Shown: piece by piece, positions 1 through 12,184 of the stretch
Layout of the letters: every line of letters starts with the position of its first letter
Numbering within the stretch: the stretch's first letter is position 1
NCBI RefSeq assembly: GCF_024521635.1
Contig: NW_026250404.1
Location: 868,001-932,000 of the forward strand
From: Tricharina praecox
Lineage: Eukaryota
Direction: 5' to 3'
DNA: 64,000 bases
Notes under the pieces: generated by a model
The model's input: the letters and a program-made list of their open reading frames with translations, nothing else
Databases searched by the model: none
What the model was told of the DNA's origin: nothing
Made by a program: the position numbers and the translations under genes

Positions 1-692
1 AGGTGCTAGGCGGAAGGGGATACTAAAAGTATGTAGTGGGCGGAGAAAGAAATCTTCAGCGATCTGTAAGTAACGGATATAAAAGTCGGTTCTCTTTGTC
101 ATTTTAGATTACGAAGCACGAACCAAGAACCGAAAGTCGCGGCGGGACGGGGATCATCAATTTATCTCGCACAAAGCCTATAGACTGGATCTATAGTCGA
201 TTTATCCTCAGACACTCATAGGTTTTGTACGAGTGACTATGGATGATGATGTCTGCGCACATCTCACTCATTACCACCTAATGGCAACATCAATTTCACA
301 CATGCATATCATCGTTCCCCGCTCATCCTTATGTCCTTAAGTTATGTTCCAAAGTCTTCCCCCACAGTTCTACGTGTAACTCTATCATTTTCACAAGCAA
401 TCGCTTCACACGCGTCACATGCCAGCATCGGTTCACCATCTGGCGGCACCCTCGCCTTAGCCGACAACCCTGGTTCCCGTCGCAGCATCTCCGAGCTGTT
501 GCCGCGCCTTCGTTGATCATCGAGCCATGTACTTTCCAACATCTTCCCCACAACTCAAACCATACGTTCTCCCTTCTATCTTCACCGTGCGAATACTACA
601 TAGAAGTTACACCTTATCCGTCTACGTCGCCGCGACATCTTGTCACCTCCCACGTGCAAGCAGCGACCGACTCTCCATAGAAACAGCCCACA

Positions 693-1385
693 ATGTCGAC
701 CCACATGGAAGCCTTCCAGGTTCGGCTTCCTCCAGCTCCGCTCTCGAGGCTTCACTAACCCCCCCTTCAGGCCGCCGCAACGCGCTTCATAATGGACCCT
801 TCCAACCGCGAAGTCCTCACGTTAGTCAAAGGCCTTCGGAACGGGCTCGTCTACGGCACCAAGATCCGCTTTCCGCACGCGCTGGTGATGGTGGCGCTGT
901 TCCGCTCGGGAACGGTGCGCGAAAAGGCGTCCACAATCCTGACGATGACGAAGACGCACGCGCGCACGCTGGGGCTGTTCGTGCTCACGTACAAGACCGC
1001 CATGCTGGCGCTGCGGCATCTGCGCGCCGACAGGAAGGAGATGGGCAGTGATAGCTTCCTCGCGGGACTGCTGGGTGGTTACCTCGTCTTTGGCCGCGGG
1101 AAACAGTCCAGCGTCAACCAGCAGATCGTCATCTACGTCTTTGGCCGCGTCATGTTGAGTCTGGCGAAGGTGGCCGTCAAGAAGGGCGTCGTCCCTGATG
1201 CTGAGGGAACTATTTCGGCGAATGCCTGGCCCGTGTTTGCGAGTCTCAGTTGGGCTATGGTCATGTGGCTGTTCAGGTGGCATCCGGAAACGGTACAGAG
1301 CTCGCTGCGGAATAGTATGGTGTACTTGTACCAGAATGCGGATCATTGGGATGGGTGGAGGAGCTTTTTGTGGCATAACACATAG
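693..1385 (+). CDS. PXMP4: Peroxisomal membrane protein 4 (PXMP4/PMP24-like, Tim17 family)
   Basis: Exon 693-719 (MSTHMEAFQ), intron 720-770 (GTTCGG..CTAAC..CAG), exon 771-1385 in frame with ORF 792..1385; family-typical KGLRNGLVYGTKIRFPHALVM, SFLAGLLGGYLVFG, VNQQIVIY and Q-S-L-x-x-S-M-x-Y-L-Y motifs. Confidence 0.9.
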
Positions 1386-1835
1386 ACGGGAGACGGGGGC
1401 GTTTAGATGGTTGGGAGATACACTGAGCTGTAGCACTATTGTCATGGGTTTTTCTTGGGGGTGTTGGTTTGCGTTCTGTGGATGTATATTATTGTATCAT
1501 CATCTTGTTTTTGAATGCTTTCCTCTGAATACCATCGTGACCATCTTTGCCACCTTTCCTTGTTCCGAGCTTTCGGCGGTCCCTGCAGGCCATGCCCAAA
1601 CTCTTGCATGTGCCCCATCCCTTCAACCATCGCGTGACGTCAAGTCTGAACGGGTAAATGGTCTCTTCCCAGGACCGGCCTAGCCCGTAATCCCTGGGAG
1701 TTTGAGGCTCTTCCAAAAGTTCTCGTTAGCGCCAAAAAAAAGCAGCGCAGAAGAGTTCAGTCGCAGATCTTCACCTTCGCCGAACTTCAACTCCACCACT
1801 CATTCAACCTCACGACTCAGCGCAAACAGGCAGAA

Positions 1836-2909
1836 ATGATTCGCACAACGTACCTCCCCCCGTCTTTTCTACCTGTCGGAGCAAGATTGACGTCCCTGTG
1901 TATAGCAAGCCCAAAAACGCTCGCTCGAAGCGTGCGGCCGACGAGCGCCTGCCGAAGCTGACGGAGAACCAAAAGACCACGCTGGTTCTGCGGGGCACGA
2001 CCGCCAGCGAGCTGATCCAATCGGTGTTGACGGACCTGCACGCGCTGAAGAAGCCAGCGTCGATCAAATTCAGCAAAAAGAACGACATCCGGCCGTTCGA
2101 GGACGCCGCGCCGCTCGAGTTCCTGTCGGAGAAGAACGACACCTCGCTGCTGGTGCTCGGCAGCAGTTCCAAGAAGCGCCCGCACAATCTGACCCTCGCG
2201 AGGACGTTCGCCTATAAGCTGTTGGATCTGCACGAGTTTGGTGTGGATGAGGCGACGTATCGCAGCCTGGCTAGCTTTGTCGGTGAGAAGCCCCGCGTCG
2301 GGATGAAGCCGCTGCTGCTGTTCAGCGGTGATGTGTGGGAGCGCGACGAGACCATGAAGGCGGTTAGAGCACTGTGGATCGATTTCTTCCGCGGGGAGGC
2401 GGTCAGCAGTGTGGATGTCGAGGGGCTGCAGTACGTGCTGTCCTTTTTGGCGACCGAGGAGGGCAAGTTCCATGTGCGCGGATCGATGATCAGGACCAAG
2501 AGGAGTGGGCAGAAGTTGCCGAGGATTGAAGTGGAGGAGGCGGGACCGAGGCTGGATTTGACTGTGAGGAGGGTGCTTCCGCCTTCCCCCGAGATGTTGA
2601 AAGAGGCGTTGAAGACGCCTTGGAAGCAGTTGGTATGTTGTCACCCATTCACCTTTGCGAATGACGGCGGCTGATGAAGTACAGACCAAGACGAAGAAGA
2701 ACATCTCCATGGACATCATCGGAGACAAGATCGGTCGCATCCATACCGGCAAGCAGGATCTCGACAAGCTGCAGAGCAGGAAGATGAAGGGACTCAAGAA
2801 ACGGGGTGCCGACGACATGGACGATGATGCAGCCACCCTTGTAGACGACGTAGTGTCCGAGGCCGAGGAGGCTCCTGTTGCGAAACCGAAGAAGGCGAAG
2901 AGATCATAG
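1836..2909 (+). CDS. RPF2: Ribosome biogenesis protein Rpf2 (Brix domain)
   Basis: Exons 1836-1849, 1906-2632, 2685-2909; spliced N-terminus MIRTTKPKNARSKR; KKNDIRPFED, SKKRPHNL, LPRIEVEEAGPRLD, KKNISMDIIGDKIGRIHTGKQDLDKLQSRKMKGLK. Confidence 0.95.
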
Positions 2910-3180
2910 ACGGATGGGACGAGAAGATAAAAAAACTTAATGTCGCCGTGCGGTTTCCTTTTCATGTTGGGTATAACTTTGCTTCTTGTTTCATTGTTTG
3001 CTTGCTTGTTCTGTACACATCTATGGAGTATAAGGAATTCTACCAAAAGTCCTGATTTTTTTCTAATAGCCGACCTATCCATTCCTAACGCCTGCTCAAT
3101 CTAGCACAACCGTGGTTCCTTTGTTTTGCTTTGATATCAATATCTCGTCATCTACCCACTCAAGTGTTCTTCACAGCTGT

Positions 3181-4364
3181 CTACGTCTGTGCTACCCCTT
3201 CTGGGCCGGCAGGATCTGCTGGTGCTTCACCCGCTGCTTCGGCCGCCTTGCGGTTCTCGATCAATCGCTGCAGATTCCCATCAATATTCAACCCATGATG
3301 ATATTAGTGGAGGGCGACTCACCAGAATGTTCCTCAGCAATATCGTGATCGTGACCTTTCCGATAGCAGGCACGTAGATCGACGCCTTCTCCTTGACCTC
3401 CGGATCGAAATTCTATACTCCATCAGCGCCGTCCCTCCCCGCTCACTCGACGAGATTTCATACCTTCTCTGACGAGAAATTGATGCACACAGCACCCGAC
3501 TTCAACAGGTTGACGGGGAACTTGTAGTTCTTGCTCGGCACACCAGTAATGACCACGTCGCTGCGCGGCACCACATCTTCCAGCTTGTCGTCCACATCAT
3601 GGACATGGTGCATGGTCCTCTTGATTCCCTCACCCCTTGTGAACTTCTGGACACCGGTGATATCGACACTCCAGACATCGGCGCCATCATTCGCCAGCAG
3701 CGCCGCCAACGGGCGTCCCACGATCTCCGATCTGTTGACGATCGTAATCGTCCTCCCGAACAACCTATTCCCGTAGGGGAGAATGGGGTTGTACACGCCG
3801 ACATGCTCGAGGATCTTGATGACGGCGAGGGGCGTGCACGGCAGCAGCGATTTCTGCGTCTTAGCCGCGTCTAGGAACCGGCGGTTTTGGTACATGTTGA
3901 ACAAGTAGCGGTGGGAGAGTCCCTCAACGTCCTTCGTGGGCACGGTGAGCTGCTGGAGGTAGCTATCCTGCATCGTGCCGAAGACGGGGAAGTAGATTAT
4001 TATGCCGTCGATCGCCGGGTCCACGTTTGCGCCGAGGATGGCCGCCTCGAGGTTGTCCTTGTCGAGGGTTCGGAGCTCAAAGGCGAAGCCGCTGTTCCTC
4101 GTCTCAGTCCCGCGCCTCCTCCGCGAAACAGTGGGGGAGAGAGGGGGAGGGCGGTTACTTGTCCTCACACGTCTTGCCCGTCCAGTCCGCGTACATCTTC
4201 GCCGCGGGATCGGTATTGGCCAGGAAACCGACCAGCAGCGGTTTGCGGCCCAGCGTTGCGAGCGAGCCTTTCACCTCCAACATCAGCTTGTTCGCGACGG
4301 TGCCTGCGAGGACGACCTTGCAAGTCGCTGGTGGCGGCGAGGAGGGGCGCGTAGGTTCCGACAT
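3181..4364 (-). CDS. MTD1: NAD-dependent methylenetetrahydrofolate dehydrogenase
   Basis: Exons 4364-4159, 4091-3464, 3412-3323, 3267-3181 with GT-AG introns; LVGFLANTDPAAKMYADWT, KDVEGL, LPCTPLAVIKILE, YGNRLFG, NRSEIVGRPLAALLANDGA, KASIYVPAIGKVTI. Confidence 0.95.
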
Positions 4365-6279
4365 GACGTTGGGGTGTGGAGGGCTGGTGGGGTGCACTTG
4401 TTCTGTTGCGGTACGGTGACGAGCGCCTGGACGGTGGGACACGAAAAAGATTTTGGTGTTTTCGTGGTGGGGTTGATTCTAGGACATAGTGGGGCTGCTA
4501 AGCCGCGTTCATTCACGCTTATTTTTGTGCGACATCCATCTATTAGCGTAGAATTACTAGCTGATCCAAGGTTAACTACAGCTTGACGCCGAGTGCTTCT
4601 CATGACTGTTGGCTGTGGGTCGGCTGGTTCTCCACCAATTGACTTCGAAAATGGGGTCGTAATGAAGTTTTATTGGCCTGAATGGTGTTCACGACATTAT
4701 TTGGCGACGTGTGAAGAGTCCTAAAGATCCGGGAACGAGAAGGCAGTGAGGGATGTCACTAGCCACACCTGGTAGATCTGAAGCCACAGCTACACGAGAG
4801 GACGTGCGGATCTGGGGAATACGCACGGGCAAGGAGACCACCACAGCCCTCGACGACGATGAACATTGGGGATGCTCAGTGCACACATCACGGAGCACGG
4901 TCGCCCGCCTACTCGGATATGTATGCAGAGTAGGTAGAGTACACACACAAACTAACCCACACGTAGGTATGTGGCTGAAGCCTCGAGCTGAGGAAAAACG
5001 GAGGGGTTTGTTCACAGAATTTGAATCGCCACATGCGCGGTGAACTTGGCTGCGTTTCGTCTTGTCGAGGCTGAGAAAAACAAAGACTCTACCGGTACTG
5101 CCTATTCTACCCCATGCCCCTGACAAAGACGCAACACGAGATCAAAAGACCTGTACATACCCGGATAACTATGGCCCTCGAGACTGGAACCGCTTGAGTA
5201 TGTACCAGATCTGGTTCTACTATACCTAGACCAACTTCCATTGGAACTTAGAGTTCTCATGGATGAAAACACACCAATTAACTCTTTTCTTTCTTCTCGC
5301 AAACCCTTCTCCACAGCCTCAGATACCCTAATTCCGGCTGTCCCGTATTCGAAAACCTGATACAAGCACCATGCGTCGAGCAAAGTCTTGGTTTGGTTCG
5401 TCCAGCGGCTAATATACACTTTCAGCCCGCCATGCGGTGTAGATAAGACAGGCGGTGCTACCTGTATACATACTCTACGCTACGGTACTCTAGAGAGTCA
5501 ACATGGTGTCGATCCCCCGCAAGCTGGGTGGCCGTGAATTGATTGCTGGTGTCAAGCGTACCGGTGACGGCTGACCGAACTATGTAGAGTACGATCTTCC
5601 CGCGCCCCAGGGATCTAGTCCCGGGTACGATGGCATTTGGGATTAGATAGGTATATAGGATAGTTGACTATCGATACGGTATTGCGGGGATTGTGGGTAT
5701 TGATGTTTTGTCTTCTCTGCGCGCGTAAAAGCACTCTACTCCAGAGCTCGACAACCGTGGCGTTCCAGTTGTCAGCGACCCGCTTGCTCTCCTGCTTTCG
5801 CCCATCATTCCTTTTCCCCAGCCGCAACATCTCGGCTTCGTTCCCTCTCCCCCACATCGGAGCTTCATTGTCTAGTGGGTGCGCCTCGTGAACAACGCTG
5901 CATGCGTGCATGTGCACAATCTGCAGCACTAAACCTGAGCTGTGGAAATGAAGATGTATCATGCTTGGCCTGTGTTACGTAAATCCCAAACACGCACTCG
6001 GACTGGACGATTAGACGAGAGCGAGCAAAAGCATGGATTCAAAATACCACTGCCCAGGCACCGTCAGCTCGAGGAAATCCGTGTATGTAGGAGGCAGGAA
6101 GCGGCTTCCTGCAGGGGGTATGCCCACTGGATGGCATGCGGCAACAACAGCAATCATAGCAGCAGCAGCAGCAGCAGCACATCAAACTGGCACATCCGGG
6201 CGTTGTGCTAGGGACGGGTCTCATATATCTCCAACATCTCCTTCAGGTATGGAGGAAACGAGCACAAACTCAACCCACA

Positions 6280-8311
6280 ATGTATCCACCGCTTCTGACC
6301 CTTCTACTCGTGTGGGTCACCGCCGTGGCGGCAGCCGAAGACCTCCGCCTCGTTTCCCCCGCCGAAATCCGGAGCACCCGCCGCGACCTCCTGGGGTACT
6401 CGATAAAAGACCAGTACTGTTGGCTTCTGGCCCATTCCGCCGTCCGCGTGGGCAACTACGTCTACATTGACGGCGGCATGGCTAAGTACCGCGTCATGAT
6501 GGATCGTGAGCCGGTCGGTGTGTGTGATCTGAACGGACACACTGTCAGGTTGTCGCTCGAACGGGATTTCGATGTGGATAGTCCGAACCTCGAGGTGATG
6601 GCGACGAAGGGCACTGAGGTCCCAGTGGCTAATCGGGGAGCCTTGTGGGTCGATGGAGAGGACCTTCTCATTCAGGGCGGCCATTTCTACGACTCTGCGA
6701 TGTACGTTTGTGTTGCTTGCACCTAATTCAGTTGACTGATTCCACAGCACAGCTGGAATACCTCGACGTGGTATAAGAATAAGACGGATATACCGGATTA
6801 TTCCATCTGGCGTTTCTCCCCCGACAAGCAGCCGCAGGAAACTCGGTGGCAGGAGGACAACTTCCTTCTCGAAAGCGGCCGATCGGCGGTCCGGCCCGTC
6901 GTCAGGACCGTCTCCGGCGCCGCAACCTGCACCGATACCGAGTGTTTCTGGTTCGGGTCGGTTCATCCTCCTGTGCTCTTTTGATACTTCTGGTTAACAT
7001 AGGGTCCGCTACAAACAGAGGTTATATTAGCTCACGCACATCTCCCGATACACCGCTGAATTACAGCCTCCCCCAGCGAGGCATGCTGATATACGACAAA
7101 GAAACCAAGACGATAAAGAACCAGACCATCGAGGGCTACGGCACCGAAGAGGACGGCTATCAATTCGGCACGATTGATTGGATCCCGGGGAAAGGCGGGA
7201 AGGGTGGATTATTGGTTTCCTTGATGGGGGAACGCTCACTTATCGGCAGGGCCAATACCACCGACGATGATCTGGACGGCGTGGGTGTCAGCCTGACGCA
7301 TGTGATGGTATACGACTTGGTGGGAAGGCGGTGGTATAATCAAAGCACCGATTACCGAGGGGAGCCTCTCATCAGAACCCGTTTCTGCTCGGTGCTAGTT
7401 TACGACGAGGAGCGGGACGTCCACGAGTGAGTATCCATGACTGTGTTCCGATTACTCGGTAGCTGCTAAACCGAAGTTGTCTCTTTATCTATGGCGGCCA
7501 GTCTGTTGCTGATGTCACAACCGGAGTAAACGATCTCTATGTGCTCTCAATGCCCGCCTTCAGGTGCTTATCCTTACCCTGATAAACCAGTCATTATTCT
7601 GCTTGCTGACCGAGCGGTGGTTTGCAGATGGGTCCAACTCAAGCCCGAGTCCACTACGATTGCGAATCAGTACCTGAGATCACACGTCTGCATTCCTCAT
7701 GGAAGTCAGATGCTCATTATCGGGGGCAGCTGGCCCAGTAATCGTAAAGGAGAAGTGGACCAAAACTCTGAATGCACATCACGGTTAGTCAATGTGATCG
7801 ACCTGAACAGAGCGGATATAGTAAGCCACCCTCCTCCCCTTTGATGGAACTACACACCACTAACACACGGCAGCAATACCAAACCAAATTCCACGCAAAG
7901 AAAACTCCATACCACCAAGCAGAGCGCATCCGCAAAGAAGTCGGCAACGCAATCGAGCCCATCGCCGCAGGCTGGGCGCACGAGGGTCTTGGTGCGATCT
8001 GGCCACGGGGGTCACGGAACGTCGAAACCACCCCCTCCCCACACGCCAAAGGGCCACTCGCTCCCCGCGCTATCGCCGGCATTGCCATCGGCTCCGTCGC
8101 CGTCCTCGGCGCGATCACCGCCTTCGTCTGGTGGTACAGACGAAGGAACAGGGCAGCACCTTATCACGGCGGGATACCGGGAGTGGATCATTCGCCGGAT
8201 GACGAGGACGCATCTAAACACGGCGGGCTACCGGGAGTGGATAATTCGCCGGATAGCGAGCCCGAGCCTGGTTTGAGGGGCGCCGCCGCCCGTTCCCCCA
8301 ACCCAAGGTGA
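6280..8311 (+). CDS. Kelch/beta-propeller type I membrane protein (signal peptide, C-terminal TM helix)
   Basis: Signal peptide MYPPLLTLLLVWVTAVAAA; Kelch-like YVYIDGG, VMVYDLVGRRWYNQST, IYGG..LYVLSMPAFRW, QMLIIGG; TM AIAGIAIGSVAVLGAITAFVWWY then RRRNR; five introns at approx. 6702-6752, 6956-7001, 7427-7476, 7564-7626, 7821-7873. Confidence 0.8.
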
Positions 8312-9204
8312 TACAGACTGGACTGGTGGTCAGAGGGCGAGGTTGGCGGTTGTCTTCGCCAGTACTCTGCGCACGGATGAAGCTTAATGTAATGAATACC
8401 GTATATATTGAGAGGCGGGGCTAGTTGAACGGCCGGGAAAGCCGGTTACTTTCAAGGTCACTGTTAAAATCACCCGTCAAACAGGACTCAAGAAGTAGAC
8501 AATGCCGTCACGAATCTCCTGGAGTTGCAATATTGTCGAATACTGCACCGTATTCTTCACAAAGAGGCCTCTCCGCTCTCTCGATGTCGAACCCAGAATA
8601 TTCGGTCTATTCGATACGTAAAATTTCAGTTTCTAGAAGGGATGCAAGATGGTACTTACTCATGTGCTATCACCCCGACTTCAAAAAAAAAAGGGTTCAC
8701 GATATGTACTTCGTGCCCTCGTCAATCCGTAAGTCTACTAGGTACCTAACTAGCATCAGCCAAATCGTACGCCAGTCTATCCCGGCGACCTCGTTGTCTC
8801 GTCGTAAGCAGGTAACCGTCTGTCGAGACAAAGTCCCTCACTGATCATTGCTACCAGAGGCAATAACCGACTTGATCGTCCCAGGGATCTCCCCAAGCCG
8901 CTATTGCAGCCCCCCTCATTCGTACTCCGACCCTGAGGTGAGTGGGGTGAGCGAGGTGCGAATGGAAGAGTGAATGGCGAGGTGAATTACTCCACCACTG
9001 CCACTACCACTAGCCGGTAGCCATTCATCCTCAATGCTCATCTCGATTCTTCATACAGCCTAGCGAGTGACAAACAGTGAAAAAATCAACATTGCATTCG
9101 ACCTTAATAGATCATGGCAGATTACATATCCCTTTTCCACCCGGCTGTCACAGAGCGTTGGCTGCGAGCTTGATACCGGTCCCCTATCGCTCTTCGCCTA
9201 GCCT

Positions 9205-9350
9205 CCCCTCAAGTCAAACCTCAACCCTCCCTACTCAACTTCGACTCCCCTCTCAATCCTCCCCACTCAACCTCGACTCCCCCCTCTACCCTCCCTACTA
9301 AACCTCGACTCCTCTATCGATCCTCCCCAATAAACCTCAACTCCCCTCGG
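9205..9350 (+). repeat. Degenerate C-rich tandem repeat (AACCTCRACTCCCC-like) upstream of RAD17
   Basis: Several imperfect copies of aacctcgactcccc / aacctcaactcccc / aacttcgactcccc. Confidence 0.55.
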
Positions 9351-9524
9351 CGAAACAAACACCTGATAATCAACAGTCTGCTACATAGTAGATGCATAGA
9401 GTGATCCGACATGATCCCCGCTACTTCGGCACGTGACCCGGCACTCGCTCGCGTCTCCATTGACGTAGCTATCCATGTACACGACCCAACCCAAACGACG
9501 ACCCGCGTACACACTCTGCAAACA

Positions 9525-12041
9525 ATGCCCGCCCGTCCACCAGCACAAAAGAAGAGACGCACCATCGTCGACAGCTCGGACGAGTCACAGCCCGCTCCAG
9601 CTCCCGCTCCCGCCTCTGCTCCTCGCGAAACTCGCGCCTCAAAGCCAAGGGCAGCTACCCGTCGCTCCACCACCACCACCACCGACACCGCCAGCACCAC
9701 CACCACCACCGACACCGCCGCCGCCGCGAAACCACAACCCGCGAAAACGAAACCCGCGAAAGTAACACCCCCACCTCGGAATCCTGTGAAACCGAAAGCC
9801 AAGAAACTCACGGGCCAGTACAAATCGCTACACAGATTCTTCGGCGTTCCGCAGGGAGGAGGGTTTCCTGCCGCCACCCCTGCGGCGCCGGATGCATCGA
9901 GTCGGCAGTACACGCCTACTGCATCGCAGCATGAAGATGCCGATGATCTGATCGAGGATATTTCGGAAGATGATGAGGTGGTGCTGGTGCCAACGAGGCG
10001 GCGGACGGGAACGAAGGATGGATCGCTGGAGAAGCACCTTGTTGTGAGTAAACCTGGGGTTACCAAGGGTTTCGGACATTTACTGGGGATTAAGGCCCCA
10101 CCTACGAAGCAAGAAGCTCGAACGACTACTGCCGCGGGGGTGATAAAAGCAGATAGACATAAGGCGGCGACCACTGCACCTGGATTACTGCCGCCGGAAG
10201 ATACACGCACATGGCCAGAGAGGTTTGCGCCCACATCGGTGGAAGGGCTGGCATTGAATAGAACCAAAGTGAAAGAGGTTCGGATGTGGCTGGACTCTGT
10301 TTTCGAGGGGGGGAACCGGCAACGCGTGTGTGTCTTCCGTGGCTCGGCGGGGACGGGGAAGACGGCTACGTTAAATGCGTTGGCGAAGGAGATGGGGATT
10401 GAAATTCTAGAGTGGAGGAATCCGAGCAGTGGAGCAAGGGGCGAGGAGTATGGTGAGGACGGTGCGTTCTCGGCGGGCTTGAGCGGTCTCTTTGAGGAAT
10501 TCGTGGGGAGAGCGGGAACGTTTGGATGCTTGGACTTGATCTCGTCGAGTGGGAAACCAGTATCGACGCAGTCATCACAGCCGTCAGCGGGGGATGATCG
10601 GAAGAAGAAACTTATCCTGATTGAGGATTTCCCCAACACTCTATTTACATCTTCGCCAGCGCCATTGCAGTCTTTCCGACATACGATCAAATCATTTCTA
10701 GCATTACCACCTCCCCCGGCCGAGGCACCACCGATACCGCCGTTAATCTTGATCATCACAGAGACCGCGAGCATAACAGGGCCAAACTCATTTACTGCGC
10801 ATAGACTATTATCACCAGAGATCCTCCTCAATCCCTTGGTGAAAGAGATCGCCTTCAACAAGATTGCACCAACATTCATGTACCGGGCCCTCACTGCCAT
10901 CATTGCTCGGGAGTCTCGGCTGTCGGGGCGGAAATTCGGCCCCAGCAAAGCTGTTCTGAGCACGTTGTCGACTAGTGGTGACATCCGTAGTGCAGTGATG
11001 GGCCTCGAGTTCCTGGCTATGAACGGTGATCTCCCTGGTATGGGCTTCACGATGCCCCTGACGCAAGCGAGGAAGCGCAAAAAGACAGAAGAGCAACCAC
11101 TCGATGATGACGAACGAAAGATCCTTGAAGCGGTGACCCAACGTGAGAGCAGCTTTGGTATCTTCCACGCCGTTGGCAAGATAGTCTACGACAAACGGTA
11201 CGGCGATGACCTCGGGGATCCATACGTACCGCAACAACCTCGTCCTCCCCTCCTAACACTCCCCTATCACCCTCGTGCCCCGCGCATCAACTTTGAAACG
11301 TTCATCGATGATACCGGCACGGATCCGCAAACCTTTATCGCCGGCATCCACGAGAACTTCCTCCTCTCGTGCAATCCCCGTGGCCTCAGCTGCCTCCCCA
11401 CCAGCGACGAAGATGTCCTCGACACAGCGATTGCCTGCCTCGACTACCTCTCGGACAGCGACCTTCTCGCCTCCAAGGGGTTTGGCTACGACAACGAATT
11501 CTCTGACATCCGCTCGGACGAGATATCGTTCCACACAGCCGTCCGCGGCATCATGCTGTCACTCCCCAGCCCCGTTAAACGCTTTATTGAACCGAAAGTC
11601 AGCGCGCAGAAAATGTACTATCCCACCGCGACACGTCTGTGGAGGGACCGACAAGATGTCGGTGATGTCGTGGATTGGTATGTAGGAAAGCAACGGGCGA
11701 TGGCACCTTGCAGCGGAGGAAAGAGGGAGGCGCTCGAAGAGCGGATGCCGTTTCAGGCTCTGATCGAGAGAAAGAGGCACTATGGTCCTCGTGGAGGCAG
11801 TTTTCTAAGGCAGTCGCCGGATCCGGCGACCAGCAAGGCCCTCGAGCGTGTCACGGTTTTCAAGGGCGTTAGACAGAGCGACGAGCCCATGGAGGCGGAG
11901 GAGGCGGCCGAAGCCGAGCAGCCGCGCGGTGGCAGGTGGAAGAGGAAAGAAAAGAAGACCGTGACATGGGCTGAGGATTTGATGGGGCCCGAGCTTGCAG
12001 AGAAGCTGGTGCTTAGCGATGATGATATCGAGGAGTTCTGA
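9525..12041 (+). CDS. RAD17: Checkpoint clamp loader Rad17/Rad24 (AAA+ ATPase)
   Basis: ORF 9411..12041, likely start MPARPP at 9525 (ACAATG context); WPERFAP..LALNRTKVKEVRMWL, Walker A GSAGTGKT, LILIEDFP, IAFNKIAPT, GDIRSA, GIFHAVGKIVY, C-terminal LSDDDIEEF. Confidence 0.93.
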   Translation: MPARPPAQKKRRTIVDSSDESQPAPAPAPASAPRETRASKPRAATRRSTTTTTDTASTTTTTDTAAAAKPQPAKTKPAKVTPPPRNPVKPKAKKLTGQYKSLHRFFGVPQGGGFPAATPAAPDASSRQYTPTASQHEDADDLIEDISEDDEVVLVPTRRRTGTKDGSLEKHLVVSKPGVTKGFGHLLGIKAPPTKQEARTTTAAGVIKADRHKAATTAPGLLPPEDTRTWPERFAPTSVEGLALNRTKVKEVRMWLDSVFEGGNRQRVCVFRGSAGTGKTATLNALAKEMGIEILEWRNPSSGARGEEYGEDGAFSAGLSGLFEEFVGRAGTFGCLDLISSSGKPVSTQSSQPSAGDDRKKKLILIEDFPNTLFTSSPAPLQSFRHTIKSFLALPPPPAEAPPIPPLILIITETASITGPNSFTAHRLLSPEILLNPLVKEIAFNKIAPTFMYRALTAIIARESRLSGRKFGPSKAVLSTLSTSGDIRSAVMGLEFLAMNGDLPGMGFTMPLTQARKRKKTEEQPLDDDERKILEAVTQRESSFGIFHAVGKIVYDKRYGDDLGDPYVPQQPRPPLLTLPYHPRAPRINFETFIDDTGTDPQTFIAGIHENFLLSCNPRGLSCLPTSDEDVLDTAIACLDYLSDSDLLASKGFGYDNEFSDIRSDEISFHTAVRGIMLSLPSPVKRFIEPKVSAQKMYYPTATRLWRDRQDVGDVVDWYVGKQRAMAPCSGGKREALEERMPFQALIERKRHYGPRGGSFLRQSPDPATSKALERVTVFKGVRQSDEPMEAEEAAEAEQPRGGRWKRKEKKTVTWAEDLMGPELAEKLVLSDDDIEEF

Positions 12042-12184
12042 GAGAGATCTTTATTCTAGTACGAGTTGCAAGGTGCTGGCGTTTGTTTGAATACATTTTC
12101 ACTTCTCTGGACGGCGGTCGGGGCTCTGTACTACAGTATTATAATAAAGTATCCGGTTTTTTTTGATGGGCTATATATTGTACA

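Noticed and set aside
1817..3082. 421-aa antisense ORF over RPF2
   Set aside because: Shadow ORF of a conserved gene with no recognisable motifs
4689..5962. Short ORFs between MTD1 and the Kelch gene, including an LDQLPLEL F-box-like peptide
   Set aside because: Fragments too short and stop-bounded to support a gene call
9314..11179. 621-aa antisense ORF
   Set aside because: Mirror of RAD17 coding sequence; GC-rich codon bias suppresses antisense stops; no domain features
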